Assembly: GCA_041663445.1 (NCBI GenBank)
Contig: JBAYMR010000006.1
Coordinates: 10,705 to 74,704, forward strand
DNA length: 64,000 nucleotides
Reading direction: 5' to 3'
Source of the DNA: Candidatus Micrarchaeia archaeon
GTDB lineage: Archaea; Micrarchaeota; Micrarchaeia; Anstonellales; Anstonellaceae
Made by a program: the position numbers and the translations under genes. Below are positions 1-10,309 of this stretch, piece by piece. Below the pieces are notes generated by a model that saw nothing but the letters and a program-made list of their open reading frames with translations, did not search any database and was not told the DNA's origin. How positions within the stretch are numbered: the first letter of the stretch is position 1; each line of letters starts with the position of its first letter.

Positions 1-1
1 G

Positions 2-313
2 GTTACCATCCTCTGCCCGCAGGAATACATGGGCAACGTGATAACCCTCATCCAGGGCAGGCGCGGCCAGCTCATCGGCATGGAGCAGGAAGGCGAGCAG
101 TCCACAATCATCGTGAAGCTGCCTGTCGCGGAAATGTTCGGCTTCGGAAACGACCTCCGCTCTGCAACGCAGGGCAGGGGCATCCCGTACCAGGAATACG
201 CGGGCTACGAGCCGCTCCCCAAGGAAATGCTTCTCAAGATTGTCAAGCAAATCCGCACGAGGAAGGGCGACAAGCCTGACCCGCCGACCCCGATGGACTT
301 CCTGGACGCTTAA
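2..313 (+). CDS. fusA: Elongation factor 2 (aEF-2), C-terminal fragment; the 5' part lies upstream of the window
   Basis: Frame is open from base 2. IIVKLPVAEMFGFGNDLRSATQGRGIPYQEYAGYEPLP is the conserved C-terminal EF-2/EF-G signature. Confidence 0.88.
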   Translation, partial: VTILCPQEYMGNVITLIQGRRGQLIGMEQEGEQSTIIVKLPVAEMFGFGNDLRSATQGRGIPYQEYAGYEPLPKEMLLKIVKQIRTRKGDKPDPPTPMDFLDA

Positions 314-353
314 GTTCCTGCGTCCAGTTTCTTCTTTTTTCTTTTTGCTTTCC
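304..353 (+). terminator. Hairpin plus oligo-T tract after aEF-2
   Basis: GGACGC (304-309) pairs with GCGTCC (320-325) across the TAA stop, followed by TTTCTTCTTTTTTCTTTTTGCTTTCC. Oligo-T is the archaeal termination signal. Confidence 0.5.
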
Positions 354-425
354 CTTAGCGCAGGCAATGCCCGCACACCATAACATTTTATAATGCTTTA
401 TTACAAATCATAATAAGGTGAGCAA

Positions 426-671
426 ATGACTTCCGCAATCGTGAACCTGACCGAGGAGAACAACCGCTTCCTCAACATCATCAAGGCGCATTTCGGCATC
501 AGGAACAAGTCCGACGCAATAAATTTCGTGGTGGAAAACTTCCCGAAGGAGGAGATTGAGCTGGAAGTCCGCCCGGAATACATCCGCAAACTGCAGAAGA
601 TAAGGAAACAGAAGGGCAAAGTGTACAATTCAGCTCAAGAGATGCTGAAGGAGTTTGAGAAGGATGTATAG
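426..671 (+). CDS. Putative antitoxin (ribbon-helix-helix-like N-terminus) of a RelE-type TA pair
   Basis: 81-aa ORF. ATTTTATAAT box lies about 40 nt upstream and AAGGTGA lies 5 nt upstream of the ATG. The stop overlaps the downstream toxin ATG (ATGTATAG). Confidence 0.55.
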   Translation: MTSAIVNLTEENNRFLNIIKAHFGIRNKSDAINFVVENFPKEEIELEVRPEYIRKLQKIRKQKGKVYNSAQEMLKEFEKDV

Positions 672-927
672 ATCCGAGCCTGTCTCTGTCTTCGTTCGGA
701 AAATGAAGAAACTTCAGAAAAAGGACAGGCTGCGGTATGAACGGGTCGCCAAAAAAATCATTGAAATATGCGATGAGCCGCACCACTATGAGTCGCTTGG
801 CAACGTGATGGCAGGCATGTTCCGTGTGCACATCGACCCTTTCGTGCTCACTTTTGAAATCGATGAGGCAAGAAAAATCGTGCGCTTTTTGAATTTTGAC
901 CATCACGACAAGATTTACAAAAACTGA
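664..927 (+). CDS. RelE/ParE-superfamily toxin
   Basis: 87 aa from ATG 664. GMFRVHIDPFVLTFEIDEARKIVRFLNFDHHDKIY resembles the C-terminal core of archaeal RelE-like toxins. There is an 8-nt overlap with the upstream small ORF. Confidence 0.6.
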   Translation: MYRSEPVSVFVRKMKKLQKKDRLRYERVAKKIIEICDEPHHYESLGNVMAGMFRVHIDPFVLTFEIDEARKIVRFLNFDHHDKIYKN

Positions 928-985
928 GAATAGCTCGCGCTGATTCTCGAAGAAAAATAAAGAAAAGAGAAAAAAAAGAAGTAAC

Positions 986-1594
986 TTATCTAGACGACCT
1001 AGCCATCCTCTCCGTCTCGTCGCGCTTCTTTATCGCGTAGGACAGGTTGGAGTCGTTCTTCGCCGCAAGCTCGATTTCATCGGCAAGCGCGTCGGCAAGT
1101 GTCTTTTTCTTGTCGAATGCGCCCATGATTGCCGCAAGCGCGATGTTCCTCAGCGCCATGTCAAGCCTGCGCGATGCGGAAACGTCCACTGCGACCTGGT
1201 AGGACACGCCTCCCATGGACACGCGGGTGAAGTCTTCGCGCGGCGCGGCATTCTGCGCCGCGTCAACGAGGAGCTGAACCGGGTTCTTCTTGGTGCGCGT
1301 CTCGACGGTTGCAAGCGCCTGCTCCACGATTCCCATCACGCGGGACTTCTTGCCCTGGAGCCTTCCGTCCGTCCTGATGACCTTTCCCGACGTCTTCTCT
1401 CCCGTGCCTCCGCGCATGAGCTTGTTGGCAAGCCTCTCCGCGATGTTCACGCTTGACTTGCCGAACTGCTTCTTGGCATGCCTTCCGTGCGAGTGCGGCA
1501 TGTTGACCGGGGACAGGTTGACATACGCCACGAATGACGGATCCGTCACCTTGACTTCCGAAAGATCGTACTTCCCGAATAGCTTTTCATCCAT
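986..1594 (-). CDS. rps7: Ribosomal protein uS7
   Basis: 202 aa. HGRHAKKQFGKSSVNIAERLANKLMRGG and GGVSYQVAVDVSASRR are typical archaeal S7 blocks. Follows S12. Confidence 0.95.
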   Translation of the reverse strand: MDEKLFGKYDLSEVKVTDPSFVAYVNLSPVNMPHSHGRHAKKQFGKSSVNIAERLANKLMRGGTGEKTSGKVIRTDGRLQGKKSRVMGIVEQALATVETRTKKNPVQLLVDAAQNAAPREDFTRVSMGGVSYQVAVDVSASRRLDMALRNIALAAIMGAFDKKKTLADALADEIELAAKNDSNLSYAIKKRDETERMARSSR

Positions 1595-1617
1595 TAAAAT
1601 AACACCTTTTGCTAATT

Positions 1618-2070
1618 TTATCTCTTAGGCTTTTCCTTCTTCTTCTGGACCAGCATCTGCAGGTCCACTCCGTTGACCTTTATCACCTTGTAACGAACGC
1701 CGGGGATGGAGCCCATCTGCCCGCGCTGCGAGCCTCCAAGGCCGTCAATGGTGACCTCGTCGTGCTCGTCAATGTAGTTGATTGCGCCACTGCGCGGTGC
1801 GAACGCGGTGACGAACTTGCCGTTCTTCACAAGCTGTATCTTGACGCATTTGATGAGCCCGGAGTGGGGCTGCTTCTGCTCAAGGGCCTTCTTCTCGATG
1901 ACAATCCCCTTTGCCATTGGCGAGCCCTCGATAGGGTCGTACTTCTCCTTGAGGCGGAGCGATTTTCGCTTCCAGGTCTTCTTGAGCCAGCGCTGGCGTT
2001 GCCTCTTGCGGCTTATTGACCTTCCTGACAATTCCCCTCTTCCCATAAACAACTCCTCCGTAAACATCAA
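1618..2070 (-). CDS. rps12: Ribosomal protein uS12
   Basis: 150 aa. GSPMAKGIVIEKKALEQKQPHSGLIKCVKIQL and IPGVRYKVIKVNGV are S12 signatures. Confidence 0.95.
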   Translation of the reverse strand: MMFTEELFMGRGELSGRSISRKRQRQRWLKKTWKRKSLRLKEKYDPIEGSPMAKGIVIEKKALEQKQPHSGLIKCVKIQLVKNGKFVTAFAPRSGAINYIDEHDEVTIDGLGGSQRGQMGSIPGVRYKVIKVNGVDLQMLVQKKKEKPKR

Positions 2071-2085
2071 TCATTTCCATAAGAG

Positions 2086-2508
2086 CTACTTCGAAACCAG
2101 CCTCAGGTCGCAGCCGAACCGCCTCTGCAAAAGCGAGCGGCCGACCTTTATCCTGTCCCCGTTCCTGCCAATCGCGTTCCCGCGGTCCTGCTCATCTACG
2201 GTGACATAGGCGATTTTGGAATCGCTTTTCTCATGAACGTTTATATTCTTCACTGCGATGCTCCCGAACAGGTTCCTTATGAACTGCTCCATGTCCGGCG
2301 AGTCCTCGAACACGAGGACCTGGCGCGCGAACGCCTGGCGCACGCGCGTGATGTTGGCGCCCTTCCTGCCTATTGCGCGCCCCAAATCCCCCTGCTTGAC
2401 GATGAATGCGACGGCTGCATCGCTTATGAGGCAGTCCACCACGGCTGCGCCGGTCTGGGACTCGAATTCCTCGATGCACTTCATGTCGTCCTTTGATAGC
2501 TCAATCAT
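2086..2508 (-). CDS. nusA: Archaeal NusA-like transcription termination factor (two KH domains)
   Basis: 140 aa with two GxxG KH motifs (GRAIGRKGANI, GNAIGRNGDRI). Canonical position between L30e and S12. Confidence 0.9.
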   Translation of the reverse strand: MIELSKDDMKCIEEFESQTGAAVVDCLISDAAVAFIVKQGDLGRAIGRKGANITRVRQAFARQVLVFEDSPDMEQFIRNLFGSIAVKNINVHEKSDSKIAYVTVDEQDRGNAIGRNGDRIKVGRSLLQRRFGCDLRLVSK

Positions 2509-2541
2509 TTACTTTCTCCTTTGAACGGATAAATATGCGGC

Positions 2542-2901
2542 TCATTGCTTTGCATACTCCATGATGTTCGAGTTGCCTACGTCGTAAACGGTGAGCACCG
2601 AAACGGGGAATGGCTTTCCCACCACCGTGCCTAGCTCCACCGACGTCCCCTCGAAAACCGCTGTCGGCACGCCCGAGAGCTTGCAGAAGCGCACCACGTC
2701 GTCCTTCACCTCGTCAGGGCAGTTGCTCGCAAGCAGCACCAGCTTTGCCTTGCCGGAAAGCGCGCGCTTCACTCCCGTGTTTGCGCCGAATTCCACCTTG
2801 CCGGAGTCCACGCACTGGCGGACCGCGTGGGAGAATGTCAGTGCAGCGGATGATTGTTCGGATGATTTTTTCCTTGCCATAAATACACCTTGGAATATCA
2901 T
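2542..2901 (-). CDS. rpl30e: Ribosomal protein L30e (eL30)
   Basis: 119 aa. GANTGVKRALSGKAKLVLLASNCP and GTSVELGTVVGKPF match the L30e/L7Ae-fold family. An alternative start is M8 at 2880. Confidence 0.9.
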   Translation of the reverse strand: MIFQGVFMARKKSSEQSSAALTFSHAVRQCVDSGKVEFGANTGVKRALSGKAKLVLLASNCPDEVKDDVVRFCKLSGVPTAVFEGTSVELGTVVGKPFPVSVLTVYDVGNSNIMEYAKQ

Positions 2902-2905
2902 TTAT

Positions 2906-3127
2906 TCAGTGTTTCATCATTTTCCTGTGCCCGAAATTCATTGGGGCATGCGACCTTGCCTTGAATGCATCATTCATTTTCCAATCCCTTGGCTTAATCT
3001 TTGCTGTCGTCGGAATCTTCTTAATCAGGCTCGGCTTTTTTTCCTGCGCAACATCCGCTGGCGCTGCATTGGTTGTGCCGCGCAGGCGGTCAATGAAATT
3101 TTGGATTGCTTTCGATATCTTGTTCAA
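2906..3127 (-). CDS. Small basic hypothetical protein inserted between rpoA'' and rpl30e
   Basis: 73-aa ORF that packs tightly. Its start is 54 nt after the rpoA'' stop and its stop is 4 nt before the L30e ATG. The segment is AT-richer and I recognise no motif. Confidence 0.4.
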   Translation of the reverse strand: MNKISKAIQNFIDRLRGTTNAAPADVAQEKKPSLIKKIPTTAKIKPRDWKMNDAFKARSHAPMNFGHRKMMKH

Positions 3128-3180
3128 ATCAATCTACTCCAGCTGTTTTTACTTCATGCAAACAAATAAAAACAGACCTC

Positions 3181-4206
<1,026 letters not shown>

Positions 4207-6759
4207 TCAGGCGTCGTGCTCCTCTTTCTTTATTTCCTCGATTACCTCGGTCTTGGCATTCGCCTTCATCGGGTCGAGCCCGTCGCCGCCGTACTTGAAC
4301 TGCACGATGGTCCCGCTGCTGTCGCGCACCGACAGGTCGCTTACGACTATCATGTCCTGGAGCGCGTTGATGAGCCTGCGCTGCATGTAACCCGAGCGCG
4401 CAGTCCTGATGGCCGTGTTGACCAGCGATTCACGGCCTCCCATCGAGTGGTGGAAGAATTCCGTGGGCGAAAGCCCTGTCTTGAACGAGCCGAACACGAA
4501 CCCGCGCGCGCCTGCGCCCAGGTCGCCGCGCCTGAAGTGCGGGAGCGTCCTGCCGCGGTAGCCGCGGTTAAGCCTCTTGGAGCGGACGGCCTGCTGCCCC
4601 ACCATCGCCGCCATCTGGATGGCGTTCAGGAGCGAGCCTCTCGCCCCGATTTTCGCCATGATGAGCGCCGTGTTGTCAAAGCCCATCGAGTGCTCCACGA
4701 TGGTGCCGGTCGTCTCTCTTGCGCGCGAGGTAATCTGCATGATTTTCTCCTCGAGCGACTCCTTGAGGGACAGCCCCGGCGAGCGCTCGAGCGTCTTGTT
4801 CTTGTACTGCACGATTGCAGCCTCGATTTCGCGCTTCATGCTGTTCTGCTGCTCGAGCAGCTCCTTCTGGTGCTCTGGCAGCAGCGTGTAGTTCCTCAGC
4901 GACACGGAAAGCCCGTGCGCGGTTATCACGTCAAGGAGCATGTGCGTGGACTGGTCCACGAAGTCGCGCGCAGCCTCTGGGCCGCGCGAGTGGAAAATCT
5001 GCTCCAATATCTCGTTCTCGTAGGACCTGGACTCAAGCGCGCCGGAGACGAGTATGCCGTTTTTCACGACTATCATCGCGTCCGGGTCGTCCTTCGGGTC
5101 CTTTGTCCTGCAGAGCTTGGACCTGACCTTGATGTTGAGCTCTTTCGGGAACAGCATGGAAAGTATGAGCTTGCCCGAGTATTTCTCGCCGCAGTCCGGC
5201 TTTGGCAGGCGCGAAATGCCCGCCATCGCAAGCAGGTGGCACGCCTCGTCCCTTTCGAACTCGGTGTCGTGGCGCGTGAAGTAGTAGGCGCCCGACACAT
5301 AGTCTTCCTGGGGCTTGATGATTGCGTGCCCGTGCCTTGGCGAGATTATCTGGTGGTGCACCTTCATGAGCATCTCGGCTTCCACCCTCGCCTCCTCGTT
5401 CTGGATGACGTGCATGTTCATTTCGTCCCCGTCGAAGTCGGCGTTGTACGGCGGGCACACGACTGGATTGAGCCTGAAGGTCCTTCCCGGGAGCACGCGC
5501 ACCGAGTGGCACATGATTGACATCCTGTGCAGCGACGGCTGCCTGTTGAAGAGAACGGTGTCGCCGTTTATCATCTGGCGCTCTATCACATAGCCTGCGC
5601 CGAACGCAGTCAGTATTTCCTCGCGCGCCGTTGCGGTCACGCGAATCCTCTTGCCGTCCGTCCTCACCACGTATTCCGCGCGCGGGTAGGTGTCCGACAT
5701 TATGTACTTCTTGCACTCCTCCACGTTCCACGAGGTAACGCGGACGGGGATGGTCATCTCCTCGGCGACTTCCTGCGGCACGCCCACCTCGGAAATCGAG
5801 ATGTTCGGGTCGGGCGAGATGACCGTGCGGGCCGAGAAGTTGACACGCTTTCCGGACAGGTTGTACCTGAACCGGCCTTCCTTTCCCTTCAGCCTCTGTG
5901 AAAGCGTCTTGAGCGGCCTGCCTGACCTGTGCCTGGCGGGCGGGATGTTGCTCGTCTCATTGTTGAAGTACGTCGTGACGTGGTACTGGATGAGCTCCCA
6001 CAAGTCCTCGATGATGAGCTGGGGCGCGCCTGCGTTGATGTTCGCCTCGAGCCTCTGGTTGATTCTCATGATGTCCACAAGCTTGTGGGTGAGGTCGTCC
6101 TCGGACCTGTCTCCCGTTTCGAGCGTGATTGATGGCCTCACCGACACCGGCGGCACAAGGAGCGCGGTAATCACCATCCACTCCGGGCGGGCGTACTGCG
6201 GGTCGAAGCCGAGCATCTTGAGGTCCTTGTCGGGCACCGATGCGAGCCAGTCGCGCACCTCGGTTGGGAGCATCATCGCCGCGTCCTTCGAGAACGTGGT
6301 GGGGCGCAGCAGCTTTATTTCCGGGATTTTCTCCTGGCAGTGCGGGCACTTCTGCTGCTTCTTCTTCGCCTTGTTCCTCATCTCTTCCTCGATGTCGGCG
6401 TCAATGTGCGCCATCAGCTCCTCGATTTCCCCCTCGGAAATCAGGATTCTCTTGCACGAGTGGCACGTTGACTTCAGTATGAAGAGTATCTGCTTGGCAA
6501 ACTCGGGGTGGATGACGGGCCTCACGAGCTCGATGTGCGCAAAGTGGCCCGGGCAGGAGCGTATCTTGCCCCCGCATGTCTTGCATTTCAGGCCGGGGTC
6601 AATGACACCCATCCTGGGGTCCACCAGCCCGCCGTCAATCGGGTAGGAGTCGTCATTGTAGGTGTCCGGCACCGTTATCTTCACTGACGACGCCCTCCTT
6701 ATCATCTCCGGCGAGAAGAGGGAGAATTTCACGCGGTCAACCATTTTTGTTACAACCAT
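4207..6759 (-). CDS. rpoA1: DNA-directed RNA polymerase subunit A'
   Basis: Zn motif CKTCGGKIRSCPGHFAHIEL and catalytic NADFDGDEMN. The start was chosen at ATG 6759 (MVVTKMVDRVKFSLFSPEMIRR). The ORF extends to a TTG at 6798, and ATGs also occur at 6786 and 6744. Confidence 0.95.
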   Translation of the reverse strand: MVVTKMVDRVKFSLFSPEMIRRASSVKITVPDTYNDDSYPIDGGLVDPRMGVIDPGLKCKTCGGKIRSCPGHFAHIELVRPVIHPEFAKQILFILKSTCHSCKRILISEGEIEELMAHIDADIEEEMRNKAKKKQQKCPHCQEKIPEIKLLRPTTFSKDAAMMLPTEVRDWLASVPDKDLKMLGFDPQYARPEWMVITALLVPPVSVRPSITLETGDRSEDDLTHKLVDIMRINQRLEANINAGAPQLIIEDLWELIQYHVTTYFNNETSNIPPARHRSGRPLKTLSQRLKGKEGRFRYNLSGKRVNFSARTVISPDPNISISEVGVPQEVAEEMTIPVRVTSWNVEECKKYIMSDTYPRAEYVVRTDGKRIRVTATAREEILTAFGAGYVIERQMINGDTVLFNRQPSLHRMSIMCHSVRVLPGRTFRLNPVVCPPYNADFDGDEMNMHVIQNEEARVEAEMLMKVHHQIISPRHGHAIIKPQEDYVSGAYYFTRHDTEFERDEACHLLAMAGISRLPKPDCGEKYSGKLILSMLFPKELNIKVRSKLCRTKDPKDDPDAMIVVKNGILVSGALESRSYENEILEQIFHSRGPEAARDFVDQSTHMLLDVITAHGLSVSLRNYTLLPEHQKELLEQQNSMKREIEAAIVQYKNKTLERSPGLSLKESLEEKIMQITSRARETTGTIVEHSMGFDNTALIMAKIGARGSLLNAIQMAAMVGQQAVRSKRLNRGYRGRTLPHFRRGDLGAGARGFVFGSFKTGLSPTEFFHHSMGGRESLVNTAIRTARSGYMQRRLINALQDMIVVSDLSVRDSSGTIVQFKYGGDGLDPMKANAKTEVIEEIKKEEHDA

Positions 6760-6798
6760 TTGAACACCATACCGATTTTCTTTCATCCATCGAGCCAA

Positions 6799-6849
6799 GC
6801 ATTTTATGCCAATATCAAATCAACAAAATAAAAAAAAAACAAAAAACCC
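6799..6849 (-). other. Oligo-T tract (minus strand) between rpoB' and rpoA'
   Basis: Minus strand reads GGGTTTTTGTTTTTTTTTTATTTTGTTGATTTGATATTGGCATAAAATGC directly after the rpoB' stop. Confidence 0.4.
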
Positions 6850-8727
6850 TCAAGCCTTGTCGCGCAATATCAGCCTCGGGAAAATCCCCAGCGCCTTTAT
6901 TTCGTCGAGCAGCAGCTTGAACGCGTAGCTCATTTCCACCGCGTAGATTTCCTTCGCGTCCACGGACGGGTCGAGCGGGTCGTACAGGCGGTTCTTCGTG
7001 TGGTCCTGCACCGCGATTGCGCCCGTCTTTGAGGAAACGAAGAGCGTGGTCTTGTCCGACTCGTCAAGCAGCCTTTCCTTGATGAGCATTGACGCGCCAT
7101 AGCCTATCAGGCAGTCGCGTTCCATCTCTCCGAACCTCAGCCCTCCTTCCCTTGACCTGCCTTCCGTCGGCTGGTGGGTGAGCAGCTGGACCGGGCCGCG
7201 CGAGCGCACGTGCATCTTGTTTGAGACAAGGTGGTGCAGCTTCTGGTAGTAAATCACGCCGATGAATATCTTCGTCTTGATTGCCTTGCCCGTGAAGCCG
7301 TCGTAGAGGACTTCCTCGCCGTACTCCTCAAGCCCGTGCTCCCTCATGATTTTCTTCATGTCCTCGTCCTTGTCGCCCTCGAATGCCGTGGCGTCAACGA
7401 GCTTTCCCGAGTAGCACGCAGCCTTGCTTCCCAGCATCTCGAGCAGGTGCCCGATTGTCATACGGGAAGGGATGGCGTGCGGGTTGATGATGAGGTCAGG
7501 CACAATGCCGTCCTTCGTGAACGGCATGTCCTCCTGCGGGCGGAGCATCCCGATGACTCCCTTCTGCCCGTGGCGCGAGGCGAACTTGTCGCCCACCTCG
7601 GGCACCTTGATGGAGCGCATCCTCACCTTCACAAGCCTGGTGCCTGCGAGCGAGTCCGACAGGAGCACGGAGTCCACGACTCCGCCTTCGCCCGACTTGA
7701 GCGTGAGCGAGTTCTCCCTCTTCTTCTCCTCTGTCACTCCGAAAACCGTGATTTCCTCAAGGAACCTCGGGGGCGATGTCTTGCCCACCAGCACGTCCCT
7801 CGAGCCTGCCTCGCACTCCGGCGAGATGATTCCGTCCTCGCCGAGGAAGCGGTATGCCGATTCCTCGCGGTAACCCGATGTCGTAGCCGCGGGAATTTCG
7901 AACTTGTCGCGCTGCCCGCCCGGGTAGCGGCGCTCCTCGCTGTCATGCGTCTTGTAGAAGACCGACCTGCCAAGCCCGCGGTTCACCGCGTTCTTGTTCA
8001 TGACCACCGCGTCGCCGATATTGTATCCGTACGAGCTTGTGACCGCGACCACGAAGTTCTGCCCTGCCGCCCTTTCCGAGAAGCCGAGCAGGCCGTACGC
8101 CTTTGTCTGCGCAAGCGGCTGCTGCGGGTAGTATAATATATGCCCGCGCGAGTCGTTCCTCATGTTGAAGTTGACGGTGTACGTGCCCAGCGACTGCTTT
8201 GCCATGGCGCACGCCATTGTAATCCTCGGGGACGAATTGTACTCGGGGAACGGAAGCACTGACACCGTCACTCCGAAAATCGTCGAAGGCGACAGTTCCA
8301 GGTGCGTGTGCTCGGGCGTGACATCCTCGGGCCTGAGCGCCACGTAGGCCGTCTCCTCCTCTTCGGCATCGAGGTACTCGATGACGCCGAGCTTCACCAG
8401 GCTCGTCCAGGAGATTTCCCCCTTTGCAAGCTGGTCAAGAAGCACGGGCGTGAGGCGGGACTGCCCGCTCTCCACCACGATGTATGGGCGGCGCGCCCTT
8501 CCCTGGTCGCCGTTGATGAAAAGGTCCTCGGTCTTCTGGTTGTAGTGGAAATTGACCTGCGGCGAGAGGCTTCCGCTCCTCCTCTTGCTGCGGAGCTCGG
8601 AGATGAGCGCCTTCCCGCTGTCATGGAAACCGATGAGCCTTCCGTTCAGGTACACGCTGGTCTTCCCAGACTGCCCCATCGGAATCTGCTTCTTCCTCTT
8701 GATTTTTTTGCGTTTCACAAATATCAC
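6850..8727 (-). CDS. rpoB1: DNA-directed RNA polymerase subunit B' (C-terminal half of split B)
   Basis: 625 aa. KFASRHGQKGV and GGLRFGEMERDCLIGYGA are conserved blocks. GTG start at 8727 lies 8 nt after the rpoB'' stop. An alternative ATG is at 8679. Confidence 0.95.
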   Translation of the reverse strand: MIFVKRKKIKRKKQIPMGQSGKTSVYLNGRLIGFHDSGKALISELRSKRRSGSLSPQVNFHYNQKTEDLFINGDQGRARRPYIVVESGQSRLTPVLLDQLAKGEISWTSLVKLGVIEYLDAEEEETAYVALRPEDVTPEHTHLELSPSTIFGVTVSVLPFPEYNSSPRITMACAMAKQSLGTYTVNFNMRNDSRGHILYYPQQPLAQTKAYGLLGFSERAAGQNFVVAVTSSYGYNIGDAVVMNKNAVNRGLGRSVFYKTHDSEERRYPGGQRDKFEIPAATTSGYREESAYRFLGEDGIISPECEAGSRDVLVGKTSPPRFLEEITVFGVTEEKKRENSLTLKSGEGGVVDSVLLSDSLAGTRLVKVRMRSIKVPEVGDKFASRHGQKGVIGMLRPQEDMPFTKDGIVPDLIINPHAIPSRMTIGHLLEMLGSKAACYSGKLVDATAFEGDKDEDMKKIMREHGLEEYGEEVLYDGFTGKAIKTKIFIGVIYYQKLHHLVSNKMHVRSRGPVQLLTHQPTEGRSREGGLRFGEMERDCLIGYGASMLIKERLLDESDKTTLFVSSKTGAIAVQDHTKNRLYDPLDPSVDAKEIYAVEMSYAFKLLLDEIKALGIFPRLILRDKA

Positions 8728-8734
8728 CAGATGC

Positions 8735-10297
8735 CTAGGGCTTGACGCCGAGCTTCACGATTGCCTCTTCCACTGTCTTTTCGTCCTCTCCAATTGAAAC
8801 TTCGCAGAAAAGCGACATGTTCTTCACCAGTGCGCAGGACGGGCCTTCGGGCGACTCGTTCGGGCAGAGCTTGCCCCAGTGTGTGCCATGCAAGTCACGG
8901 GCCTTGAAGTGCGGGTGCTTGCGCGAAAGCGGGGAGATGATTCTCCTCAGGTGCGACACCGTGGAGAGGTAGCTTGTCCTGTCCAGCAGCTGCGACACTC
9001 CGGTCTGCCCGGCTATCCAGTTGCCCGTCGCCATCGAATACCTGATTCTGTCCGTAAGCGCATCGGGGCGCACGAGCGTCTGCACCGCGAGGTGCCTTCC
9101 TCTCGAGTCGGCCCTGCCTGCCTGGTATGAAACGTCCTTCACAAGGAACTGGAACGCGTAGCGGAACAGGTCCTCCATGAGGTCTCCCGCGAGCTTTATC
9201 CTCTTGTTCGCATAGTGGTCCTTGTCGTCCTGCGGGATTTCCTTGTATGCGACCTTGGATGCGTACTCCGCCATCTTGCAGAGGTACCTCGCCTTCCTCA
9301 CCCTGTCCGCCGGCGTGTTGCCGATGTGCGGCAGGAGGTAGGTGTCAAGCAGAATCTCGGCGCGCTTCTCCTGGTAGTCCTTTGCCTGCCCGGGCGCAGC
9401 CTTCCTTCCGATGTATTCTATTGCGGTCTTCCTGTCGTTCACCTTGTTCACGCTGTCCACTTCAAGGTTGAGGAGCACGTCGTTCTTCACATTCCTGTCG
9501 TCCGAGAAAACGGACATGATGTCCTCCTTCTTCTCAAGCCCGAGCGCGCGGAGCGTCGCGGTGAATGCCAGGTCCTTTGGCGATGCGGGGAAAACAACGC
9601 GCATGACGCCGTCGTTGGTCCTCTCCACGACGGAGCGGGCCCTGAAGCCGAAGCGGGTGGAGAAAACCTTTGCCGTGATGAGCGTGTTGTCCTTCTCGAA
9701 CGTGCACATTATCTTGTTGGGCGCGAGGTCCTCAATCGAGGTGAGCGCGCGCTCGCTGCCGTTGATGATGAAGTAGCCGCCCGGGTCGGCAGGGTCCTCG
9801 CCCGCGGCGATGAGCTCGTCCTCGCTCATGTTGTCGAGGTAGCAGAGCTTGGACTTTATCATGACCGGGAGCTCGCCGATGAAAACTTCGGAGAACATGG
9901 TCTTTTCCACGCCGTTGAAGACGGGGACAATCTCGAGAAAAATAGGCGCAGCATACGTGAGGTTCCTCAGGCGCGCCTCGGATGGCAATATTGCCCTCTG
10001 CGCGCCGTCGGCCTCGATGATTTTGGGCTTCTCAATCCTGATTTGCCCGAAGCGGAGCTCAAAGCCCTCGACTGCGGGCTGGATGACGCCCACGCGGTTC
10101 ACTATGGTCTGCAGCCCGTTGTCTATGAACTTGTTGTACGAGTCCAGATGCTGCTTGACCAGGCTGTTCTCCTTAAAATACGCCGTCAATAGTTCTCCTG
10201 ACATATGAAACACCCTGGCAAATCTATTCAGTTTGCTTATTTTTGTATTGGAATTTTCATATTCCAATTCTGAAAAATTTCTGCTGAAATTTTTCAT
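8735..10297 (-). CDS. rpoB2: DNA-directed RNA polymerase subunit B'' (N-terminal half of split B)
   Basis: 520 aa. GGYFIINGSERAL and the C-terminal LSRKHPHFKARDLHGTHWGKLCPNESPEG block are typical of this subunit. Confidence 0.95.
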   Translation of the reverse strand: MKNFSRNFSELEYENSNTKISKLNRFARVFHMSGELLTAYFKENSLVKQHLDSYNKFIDNGLQTIVNRVGVIQPAVEGFELRFGQIRIEKPKIIEADGAQRAILPSEARLRNLTYAAPIFLEIVPVFNGVEKTMFSEVFIGELPVMIKSKLCYLDNMSEDELIAAGEDPADPGGYFIINGSERALTSIEDLAPNKIMCTFEKDNTLITAKVFSTRFGFRARSVVERTNDGVMRVVFPASPKDLAFTATLRALGLEKKEDIMSVFSDDRNVKNDVLLNLEVDSVNKVNDRKTAIEYIGRKAAPGQAKDYQEKRAEILLDTYLLPHIGNTPADRVRKARYLCKMAEYASKVAYKEIPQDDKDHYANKRIKLAGDLMEDLFRYAFQFLVKDVSYQAGRADSRGRHLAVQTLVRPDALTDRIRYSMATGNWIAGQTGVSQLLDRTSYLSTVSHLRRIISPLSRKHPHFKARDLHGTHWGKLCPNESPEGPSCALVKNMSLFCEVSIGEDEKTVEEAIVKLGVKP

Positions 10298-10309
10298 CTA
10301 GGCTAAGGA

